Of a stretch of DNA of 64,000 nt, positions 50,788 through 60,874 are shown one piece after another; the first letter of the stretch is position 1, and each line of letters starts with the position of its first letter. The DNA is taken from assembly GCA_964252035.1 (NCBI GenBank), contig OZ176202.1; one strand, given 5' to 3'. This stretch comes from Podarcis erhardii (lineage: Eukaryota). A program made the position numbers and the translations under genes. Below the pieces are notes generated by a model. That model saw only the letters and a program-made list of their open reading frames with translations. It was not told the DNA's origin and did not search any database.

Positions 50788-51950
50788 TACTTTTGGTGAA
50801 GCTCCCACTCAGAAGGTCTCCAGAAAATAATTATCAAAGGGTCTACCTTTGTTATATGTGAGCATCTTACGCACACAGTGGGTGTGGGTGTAAAAAAGAT
50901 GAGGTGATGACAGTTCCATATTGTTTAATGTGCTGTGACTACCAGCAAAAGATAGCTGCCTTCAGCAAAGGGGGGGGAAAGCTTAAAGAGTTGCCAGTAC
51001 TCCACTCTGGTAAGGACTATCACAATAAAGGCACTGCTTACACATATAGTGTACTAGATCTCCAAAATGCAGGTACATATGTTCCCAGCAGAGGCAGGAA
51101 ATATAAAATGCCTTTGGGATATTCGTATAGTGATTTTCAGGCTTATCCTTTCAGCAGGGTGTCACACCTCCTCTCTGGAGACAGCAGCACCACTAAATGG
51201 TAGAATGAGCTGTCCATCTCTTTCAAACTTTGCAACAGCAGTAACACTGCTAAGAGCCAAACTAGAAATGCCACTGTGTGGATACAATTAACATGGCACC
51301 ATTAAATAATGAAAATAGCAGCTGTGAGGGCAGAAGCAGGACCACGGGGACAGGTTTAACAGAGGCTTCCCACCACTGCAAATAGCAGCTGCTGGGACAA
51401 TTTTCACTGAGACTATGGTGAAAAGAAACTCCCTTTACTGGCTCACACATGGTCCTAAGCCTATTAAGTGTCCCACTACACATATTCTATGAGCACTTGT
51501 TTTAATATGCAAATTAATTGAATTCATGCAATTTACTAAACTTCCAGTTTGGTCCTTAATACCTGGATCTGACCTTTCCCCCGAACATTTTCCCTATCTT
51601 AACAGCCATTAAAACAACAACAACAACAGTTCTCCTTGGATTATTGCACTCCTTGGGGGGCTGACATGACTCAACCTTTCCCGAAATTTCAATTTTTCAA
51701 GTGCACAATGCTACACTCACCATAACTTGCTCAAAACACTTGAGGGGAGATGAGTCTCCAGCGTTTGCATTCATGAGATGAGGCTGTAAAGCATGCCTGG
51801 AGTGTTCATTTTCTCAGAAATGTATTCTCACCGAATGGTGTCAAGTTATTGTTGTGAAGAAGCTGACTAGAGATTAATAAAATGACAGTCATGGATTTGA
51901 AGGAAGCAGTAAACTGTCCTGGTGGAGGAGGGGAACAGGGACAAATGCTA

Positions 51951-52069
51951 AAGGCAGCCCTGCATAAGGAAGTTTTAAAAGTTTGATGCTTTATTGTGTT
52001 TTTAATATTCTTTTGGAAGCAGCCAAGGGTGGCTGGGGCAACCCAGTCAGATGGTTGGCATATAAATAC

Positions 52070-52113
<44 letters not shown>
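51951..52113 (+). mobile_element. L2-type 3' end with (TAT)n tail
   Basis: aaggcagccctgcataaggaagtttt...ttggaagcagccaagggtggctggggcaacccagtcagatggttggcatataaatac(tat)n. Confidence 0.75.
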
Positions 52114-52114
<1 letters not shown>

Positions 52115-52277
52115 GTGACACTTTCAAAACATGTAAATGGTTTCTGTTTAAATTTCTCATAGAAATATTTGGCTTTGTTAACATCCACTTAAGGCTTAAA
52201 GAATTAAGGGCAACTGCACTGGCTAAAATGTCTTGCTCAGTGGCAATTTCTCACTCTTCCAATGCATTATTGTTGGT

Positions 52278-52467
52278 AACATAGAAAGTGGCCTATGCTA
52301 AGTCAGACCATTGGTCCATCTTGCTCAGCATTGCTTACACCATCTGGCTGCAGCACTCCAGGGCTTCAGACAGGGATTTCTCCCAGCCCTACTTGGAGAT
52401 GCCAGGGACTGAACATGGCACCTTCTGCATGTAAAACAGATGTTCTCCTGCTGAGCTATGGGCCTTG
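52278..52467 (-). mobile_element. tRNA(Ala)-like-head SINE with CR1-like tail (squamate SINE; family name uncertain)
   Basis: Reverse complement has A box TAGCTCAGCAGG and B box GTTCAGTCC, then gatggaccaatggtctgacttagcataggccactttctatgtt. Confidence 0.75.
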
Positions 52468-52534
52468 CTCACACTAAATATGAGGTGAAGCTAAAAGACT
52501 TTCCCAAGAACACAGCAAACTGGGGTAACAAATA

Positions 52535-52756
52535 GAGTGGTACCTCGGGTTACAGACGCTTCAGGTTACATACGCTTCAGGTTACAGACTCCACTAACCC
52601 AGAAATAGTACCTCAGGATGCTTCAGGATGAGAACAGAAATTACACAGCGACAGCAGGAGGCCCCATTAGCTAAAGTGGTGCTTCAGGTTAAGAACAGTT
52701 TCAGGTTAAGAACGGACCTCCGGAACAAATTAAGTACTTAACCCGGGGTACCACTG
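52535..52756 (-). mobile_element. MITE family A copy 4 (222 bp, inverted)
   Basis: TA|GAGTGGTACCTCGGGTTAC ... TTAACCCGGGGTACCACTG|TA; internal sequence is the reverse complement of the other copies. Confidence 0.88.
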
Positions 52757-53601
52757 TAGCTGCTATCAGAAACAACGTGCTGTATTTTTATTCTTAGTGA
52801 ATTGACTAGTAGCCACTGCAGATTTTGGGAATTTTAAGATTCCATTTCTAGCCCTGTACAGAGTCCAAGCTTCGAGAACCTTTTAGGAGGGTCTATTAGC
52901 CCAACACCCAGGAGATCTGCTGCCAGTCAGATTGCTAGATTGACCAACAGTCTGAATTGGAATAAGGCATTTCCTTGTTTCTTGGTTGCAAAGGAAGATA
53001 TGAACATATGCAGATTTAAAAAAACCAAAAACATATGGTAAGAACTGGTAACCACTTTTCCAAATGCTGGGTACATGAAATCACTTTCCTGGGCATCAGT
53101 ACAAGGCTAAGCACAGTGTCTGAATGACAGAGAAGGCTGCATTTTAATCCTATGCATGTTAAGACAGAAGAAAATCTAATTATGTTCAGTTGAGTTTACT
53201 CACTAGTAATCAGTGTGTATATGATTTCCTTCCTTCCTATGAAACCTACCTCATCCCTCTTGAACCCAATAAAGGCAGAAAACTACCCCAAGACATGCAC
53301 CAATCAAGCTCAGATGATATTAAGTCTATATAACTCAAAGGAATCAGTATGGAGGAGCTGAATCGATTTACAGCTTTAGAAGAACAGATTCAACTTGCAT
53401 ATGCAAATTTCATGGTTAATAAATTAATGGTACTTAATGGTGTATATTCTAGGCAAACTAAAACTGGAAAGGATGTAAAACAAATTCATCCACAGGATCC
53501 TTCCATGTCTCAAAATGACAGCATGTGAAAGGAAAAGAAGTGATGGAAAGCAGGAGAGAAAGCAGCAAAAAAATGGAATTCAAATACTTTGGATATAAGA
53601 T

Positions 53602-53607
53602 TTTATT
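53602..53607 (-). terminator. Candidate SMYD3 polyadenylation signal (AATAAA on - strand)
   Basis: tttatt on + at 53602-53607, about 390 nt downstream of the SMYD3 stop. Confidence 0.5.
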
Positions 53608-53997
53608 TTTGTTTAATATTGGTTACCATGACATATAAAGAGTACCTTAGCTACCATGATAAATGAAGAAAATCATTTCCAGAAATTATCATTTTCTACG
53701 TCATTAATAGTATATTGTACTTTTATCAAGAACTGTCCAAGTTCCTTTGTCAACACGTTGTTTTGCAGACAGCATACTTCTGGTGGAAATATCAAGAAAC
53801 TGGTGTGAAAGGTCCCTTGAAGAATTAATAGAAGAAACAATATACAGGTTACACACCAAAACAACTGGAACCTTTTCCTAACTGTTCTCTGATTAATGAG
53901 ATCATGACAGCTACATAGGTTGTGTAGGGAGACATTTTCTTTCTCCCGTGTCTTCTCTTCATTTCCCTTCTGAACAGTAGTGAGTTGCAGGTCTTCT

Positions 53998-54099
53998 TCA
54001 TTCTAATGGCAGGCCAGCCTCACAGTCTTCCTTGAGCATCATCAAGTCGTGCACTAGGCTGTGTTCTGTCCCATGGGTCACTTTCATGATATCATAAGC
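53998..54099 (-). CDS. SMYD3: SMYD3 terminal coding exon (SET/MYND lysine methyltransferase, C-terminal TPR-like helices)
   Basis: Minus strand: ctgtcttttcag|GCT TAT GAT ATC ATG AAA GTG ACC CAT GGG encodes AYDIMKVTHGTEHSLVHDLMMLKEDCEAGLPLE*. 102 bp, the same length and register as the recalled human last exon (AFDIMRVTHGREHSLIEDLILLLEECDANIRAS*). Convergent position next to KIF26B matches mammalian synteny. Confidence 0.93.
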   Translation of the reverse strand, partial: AYDIMKVTHGTEHSLVHDLMMLKEDCEAGLPLE

Positions 54100-54615
54100 C
54101 TGAAAAGACAGACAGGTAATCCATCATTCTTTATTGCATGCCTCTCAACTGCTCTGGCTGGAAAGTTCTGCTTTTTCTTTTAATTTTTCTTTTCTTTTGC
54201 GCATTTGCAACACTCTTCATCTGCAGATGTCCAAAAAGGAATACAGACACAGGTGGCCACACTAGAGGAGATTTGCCACGTTATCAGCAGCTACTCAGTG
54301 CAGGATGACAGGATGACACCAACAGGCCTTTAGAGCGGAGTCATGAAGATTTAGGAGCTGTGGAGAACATGGCCTTGGCACCTTCCATAAGCAGGTCCTG
54401 CTTCCAGAGAAGCTCATTTGTGAAGACAGCAGGGGCACCACAAAGTGCAAAGGAACTGAAGGAAAACAAAAATCTAAACTGATAGCAAGAGTAGCCCAAA
54501 TCATGCACTGATCTGCATGCAATGCTGCCCAAGGAACTGACTGCGGGAGCTGGAGCTATGCGCCTGGTTTGGGCTATGTGTATGGGTTGATCAGAAAATG
54601 CATGCACACTAACCA

Positions 54616-54703
54616 TGCAATCCTAACCATGTCTACTCAGAAGTAAGTCATATTGAATTTAGTGGGGCTTACTCCCAGGAAAAAGGAGTTTGGATTGCAG
54701 CCT
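54616..54703. mobile_element. Short palindromic squamate repeat (gcaatcct...aggattgc family)
   Basis: tgcaatcctaaccatgtctactcagaagtaagtc...ggggcttactcccagg...ggattgcagc. Related ends at 15155, 25560-25582, 36475-36722 and 53140-53215. Confidence 0.55.
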
Positions 54704-54832
54704 AAGCTAAATATTACAATGTGTGCATACAGAAGTCATTACACAAAAGCTGTTTCCTCCACGGGATAAAACAATCATAGCGACTGTTGAGCACCGTAGG
54801 ACCAGTGGCTTCTCTCATGATTTAAGGAATTG

Positions 54833-54833
<1 letters not shown>

Positions 54834-54876
<43 letters not shown>

Positions 54877-54883
54877 TATTATT
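54834..54883. repeat. (TAT)n microsatellite
   Basis: Direct read; produces the poly-Tyr artefact ORF. Confidence 0.92.
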
Positions 54884-56109
54884 ACTATTCTGTGCACACA
54901 AATACGAGACAGGCCACGGTATCAGAAGCCACACAGTTGTCTTACCCAAGAATATAAAGCCTCATTAGATAATTGGTAAGAATGTGTCTCTGAATGCAAA
55001 TAAAAGCCCAGCACATTCATTTGTGTCTAATTTGCATTGGGATTGGACAGGGTACCTAACATCAGCGTATGTAACAGTATGCAAATATGCTGCCACACCG
55101 CTCAGTCATGATGAAAGGAGGAAGCAAACTCCATCATGCTGATGCTCTACAAAGCAAAAGGACAGAGTATTGAGGAAATCATTTCTGTTTCTCCTTTGTC
55201 CCTTGATTAAAATGAATGCCTGTTAGAGGCAGCAAAGGAAGGACAAATGCCTAGAAAGCCATACTCATTTTACTTTAATCACACATGCAGTTAATAATGC
55301 ACAGGGCAAGCTGGAAAGAACCGGTTCAAATGACATATAGTCAGAAAGAGTTCAGCATCACTCTGGAGCAGAAGGGCTTTTTGCTCATGTTCCTTTGAGC
55401 TTTTCCCAGCAGGGGATTGATACAGATGGAATATATATTTCGGCTGACAAGTTGATATATTATTATAATCACTCAGAACCAACCTTCCTGTATCACGGGG
55501 TATAGTGGCAGCAGACTAGATCCCTTTCCATGTGCAGGGAGGTTATATGCGACTGCAATCTCTGACATCTCCCAGCTGCAGTCTGAAACAGTGCAGCTCA
55601 GGAAGGACTATGCCATTTCTCTTGTGCACTATTTAAATAACGAGCCGGTTTCAATTAACTGGACCCGGAAGTCGAAGCCTATGCAAGGACGTCTGCTAGC
55701 GCAATGGAGGTTCCCCACTCCCCCCCCCGAAAATGGCTTGGGGGAGGGTCGGGAGAATCTCCAAAACAGTGCAAGGAGGGAGGAGAGGCCTGGTCAGTGG
55801 CTAGATAAGAGGTGACCTGCAACTCTGTAAGAACACGGTCTTGAGTTCAACTGGATCAGTGATGTAGTACAGAACTGAACACCATAAAATCCAACAACAA
55901 TTCAAGTTCTAACCATTATCATGCATAAGTATTGCACCGGTTCAACTGAATTTCAGAATCCTCATTTGATCTAAGCCCTTAGCAAAGAAAGTCACACTAG
56001 TACTTAGGATACACTTACAAATTTAAAAAGGTACAATTAGTGAAGTGCAATAAGCAAGGCAGCTGTCAGAATGCTATACTGTGTATTCACAAATATGTGC
56101 TATGTACCT

Positions 56110-56679
56110 TATGGTTACCAGATTATTTCAATGAATCCAGGGACACTTTTTTTTTTTGAAGCTGAGTAGCAACAAGGTGGGGATGGTGAGGCAAAAGACC
56201 CTGGGCCCAAGCACGCATGCATATTGTATAAAGGTGCAAAGCCCTTCTTTCACACCCTGTGAAACATAAATGCGCAGAGTTTTTTTAAAAACTGGGCAAC
56301 GGCGCGCCGCGCGCCCGTGACTCCCAAGCCTACCCTGATCTCCTTCCCCCTTCCCCCTTTGTTCTGACATATCAGGGGAGGCTCGGGAGTCATGGGTGGG
56401 CGGCAATTGCCCAGGAGGGGCCAGCCTGTTAGTGCAGTTGGCTCTGGCTGGCTTCAGGAGCTGCTCACTGCCGTGGCACAGGAAAAATGGTGGGCGCCAC
56501 GGCAGCAAGCAGCTCCTGAAGCCAGCCGGAGCCAACTGCGCTACCAGGCTGGCTCCGGGCTGCTGAGGCTGCCGCTGCCATGTTTCCCTGGGACAGATTT
56601 GCAAATCTGAGGACATTCCGGGGACAAATTTGCAAATCTGGGGACTGTCCCCAGGAACCGGGGACGTCTGGTAACACTG
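56110..56679. mobile_element. Non-autonomous DNA transposon (hAT-like), GC-rich with internal hairpins
   Basis: Termini TATGGTTACCAGA...gggacac and gggacgTCTGGTAACACTG form imperfect TIRs with sub-terminal GGGAC motifs. CpG-rich interior. No clean 8-bp TSD seen. Confidence 0.6.
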
Positions 56680-56827
56680 TGACTTGCACTTTGTGACTCT
56701 ATCACAAGCTCATGACGAAAAACTCCAAATACGGCAGATGCTGGCTGAATTAAGCGTAGGAGTAGCAAGCAATTGAGCTCATGTGGAATATTAACAGAAT
56801 ATTCTAATAACAGAATGTGTGGAGGGA

Positions 56828-56828
<1 letters not shown>

Positions 56829-56861
<33 letters not shown>
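56829..56861. repeat. (TG)16 microsatellite
   Basis: Direct read. Confidence 0.95.
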
Positions 56862-56864
<3 letters not shown>

Positions 56865-59800
56865 GCTGTAATATTTTTCCCTAGGTGCTGTAAATATTCT
56901 TATTTGGGCTACCTTTAAAGCTCAGGATTGAGGTGATAATTTTAATTCGCTATATTGTATTAATATATAGGAAGGTCTTCTGTTCAATGGGCATAACAGA
57001 GTGTTGCTACCTCTTAGAATGAGGTAGGTCACAGATTTAACAAATATGAAGTGATCACAATACAAGAATGCACATAGCATGTCCACAAAGCAGAAGTACT
57101 AAATGTTCCACTGGAAATATAATGAACATTTGTGCATTTGAGACAGATTTTAATCCTGAATCAGCCAGCAAACTATTAACAATTCTAAAAGGAAGTCTGT
57201 TAAGGTTTCTTCTTTCTTTTTAAAAAATCAAATATCATAACACCCCCCCCAAAAAAAATATATATCCTAAAATCAATTTTGCACTTGATTCAATTAGAAT
57301 CCCTCTGGCAAACTGAAAATATAAAATGCAGTACAGCCACCGCTGTCTTCCACTCACAGTGACTTTTAAAAGACATTGTTAATTAAAAACTTGCCAGAAT
57401 TCACGGGGCATTTGCTTTCCGACTCAGACTGCCAGCTGAAAATCAGGTGTTATTGTCAATAAGCATTTGAAAATGACATCTGTCAAAAATCAAATTTTAG
57501 ACGCAAACTGCTACTGACACCAGCCTACCGATTTAAGATTTTGGTCCCCCTCTGCCGTTTTTATGTTAAAATCTTAATCTAAAAGTTTCAGATCAATATA
57601 GTACCCCTTCCTTGTCTAGGATTACCGACACATAGATGTGTTTTTACCTACTCCTTAGTCTGTATTCCCCACGCAGCTAGGCAGAACATAATCAATATTT
57701 TAAAGGGAGCATGAGAAGCAGACTAAGGCACTGAAATACTCTTTCATTCGTCCATCTTAATAGCTGCTTGCCACTCAAGGTTAGGGGTGATTAATGATAC
57801 CCCCCAGCTACTGAACAGTAATTACCAACAACTGATATTAAAGGAAGTCACCCCTGGAAACTAGGTAAGTAGCAATGACCCATCACCTCACTGCGCAGCT
57901 ATTGCCTACGGTACCAGTGTGGATAAAAGGAAATGCGGAGGTGGGGTGGGTGGAAAACGACTGGTGGTTAATATTTCAGCAGCGGGGGTGAGCTGGGAGG
58001 GTGAGGAAAATGGCAGCAGTTAGAGAGCGAAGGAAAGGGGAAAGGGTAGAAGCAGAACGAGCAAAACTAACCTCCTTCAAGGTTTCCAGGGCCTGAGGAA
58101 ACAAGTCGTGACTGCACTGGAGTTTGGCCACTCTCATCATCTGGATGGCCCTCAAAGGATGGAAGCCAGAATAATAAACCCTAGAAGCGTGGAAGGGAGA
58201 AAAATCATCATAGCATCTTTGTCAGCTCTCACCTTCACAGTTCCTGCCTCAGCGGAGAGCTATTAGGGTGGGCCTGCAAAGCCATTGTGAATGTTAATAA
58301 GGTATTGAGAGAAAATTAGCCGCACGGTGAAGAAGTGTGGAATACTGAGGGGAATTAACAAATTATTATTTTTCCTGTCCCTGCAGAATGACTTTTACAT
58401 TATCCTGTTAGAAAGTGACAGGGGTGGGAGCAATTTGCACACCTCAGTTCGGCAGCACAATAGCTCGCTCTATGCTTCGTGTTAAACAAAGAGGCTTTCT
58501 ATCACAGCAGTGCTGAGACAGTTTCATTTCCATGGGAGGTTTTCCAATGTGGAGACAGGGTCTGTATTCCGAATCTTCACAGAGCCTGGGGGAAGAGTCC
58601 ATGTGGGACAGCAGAATGCAGAATACACAACAGTGAAACGTATTCACAACTTCAATTCTGAGGGCTTCCATTTCCCTAGCCACACAATAAAATACAATAT
58701 GTGTCTGCAGAAATGGCCAAGGGGCTTGCAATACCTAAAATGCCCAGCACAAGCAAATTGATCCTCAGAAACATAGTGGCTAAGAATGTGAGCCAGTTAA
58801 ATGCCCAGGTCAAATCCTTCCTCAGCCACAAACTCAGTAATTGGCTCCAGAAAATATACTATTTCTTGGGAGCATTAATACCGGCCAACCTTACAGGAGC
58901 ATTGTGAGGATTCCTGAAATAATGAACACTGTAAAGATAGTAGACAACTAGTCAACAATTGTAGTAGCAGTTGTGGTGTTGGTGTAAATAGGCACCTTTA
59001 TTCATTTCCTGAATTGTTCTCAACACATGTTTGGAAAGCAGCAACTGAAAAAGCCATTTATTATAGACCTACATGCCTGTCAGCATCTCTTGACTATGGG
59101 ATTTCATTCTGGGGCAACATTCCAAAGCAAACCTGAGCACCTTTTGCTTTACTAGCATACAGGATGGATCTAGCCTGATAATGGTTTATGCTTTCTTCCC
59201 CACTAATCTGATGGGACCAGTACTCCCTATTAACTGCACTGCCATTATTCCTGATTTACATTCACACACAGAGATGAAGACAGAGTAAGGCTGCTTGTTT
59301 GTAGCACAAGGAACACATGTAATGCCCTGGTGTCACTAATTACTTGCAATATTATGTACTGGAAATGTCAGTGTTTTAAAGGCAATCACTCTGCAGCTGC
59401 AAGATTTGTACAGTGGTGTAAACTATTCAGGATCAGTGTCATTCAGCAAAGGAAAACAACCCATTTGATCAAACATTTATCAATTCTTGCTGGCAGTTCT
59501 TCATGCTATTTACAAAAATAATCTTGTAGCAGGAAGAAACTTAGAAACAAACCCCAAATGGCACCAGGGCTTTTCTTTCTTTTTCTTTTCTTTGGGGGTG
59601 TGCTAATTTTGAAAATTATATATCTCAAAGAAATGAACACATAACGTAACACAAAAATTAAATAACATAGGATCAGTACAGCCATCTGCATATTATTTAT
59701 TTATTGAAATTAAGCACCAACCTTCCTCCCCAAGGAGCCCATGATAGCAAAAAGTTGAATAAGCAAGAGGATACGTTGGAAAATATAGGGAGGTGAGCTG

Positions 59801-60697
59801 GGTTAGATACTTAAAGGGAAAACTATCATTTTGCTTTGTAAGAAGTCAGCATGTTGTTGGTTTGAAAGCAGCTGCTTTTTCCACTGGCTCCTAAAAGAAG
59901 AAACAGGTGTATTGGTCTGGCACCTGTACGTAGGCATCATTATTATCAATAAACGAAATAAAATCTCGCCAGTTTGTGTAGAATGAGTCTGTAGTTTTAT
60001 TATCTCTCAGAGTTCTTAGATAGCATGTTAATTTTCCTATTATGGCAAAGCTCCAGAACTTTTCATACCATAGTTAGATGAATAGTCCAGCTGCGTCTTT
60101 CCAGCACAGGGTTATAATAAAATATGGTCCAACCAGAATGTGCCATATTAAGTCATTGAAGGGAGCACCCCATTTCCCCACAAGAAACAGCACCAACCCT
60201 TTTCTATAAAACTAAATAGTAACCATTTGCAAATGGCCCAGGGGTTGATCTACCTTTTTGGTTAAGTACTCACCATGAGGTGGTTTCCCCTCTATATTTA
60301 CTAGTAAAAATGCTCCAATGAGTGAAACACATGCAACATGGTAAGATCATGTCAACAGCTTTTTCAGAGATCCTTGCTTTCTAGCTTTCGAATGGTGTGA
60401 TACTTGGCAATTTTATCATATGGGAGACCTCTCATCACTTTGGGCTGGTCTGCCACATGCGTGGCCATCACCTGACAACTGCAACATTAAGTACTGACTT
60501 GCATGTGCCAGTGACACACCATAGAGCAATCACTGCATACACAAATTGTATACCATCTTGTGGGCCCACTGGATGGAAAGGTAGGGGGGGTAATTAATGA
60601 ACAAACAAAATTACTCTGCAGTAGATTCAGTTCACATATTCAGTAACAAATCATAATGTGTTGAGGAACCAAGTAATAACACATCAAGAAATTTAAA

Positions 60698-60874
60698 GAG
60701 ATAAAGTATCTGCTTTGCATACAGAAGGTTCCAGGTTCAATCACTGGCACTGCCAGGTAGAACTGGGAAAGAACCCAGTCTAGAATCTTGTAGCTGCTGC
60801 TGGTCAGTGGAGACGACACTGACTTAGAAGGACCAATGGTCTGACTCAGTGTATGGCAGCTTCCTATGTTTCTA
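60698..60874 (+). mobile_element. Same tRNA-derived SINE family, 5' end eroded
   Basis: atctgctttgcatacagaaggttccaggttcaatc...ggaccaatggtctgactcagtgtatggcagcttcctatgtttcta. Confidence 0.75.

Noticed and set aside
52278-52467. tRNA-like sequences (also at 24242 and 60698)
   Set aside because: SINE heads followed by LINE-derived tails; no complete cloverleaf.
54723-54968. Poly-Tyr ORF
   Set aside because: (TAT)n microsatellite.
56128-56768. Overlapping ORFs with repeated peptide AVGSGWLQELL
   Set aside because: The repetition comes from the inverted repeat read on both strands, not from a protein repeat.
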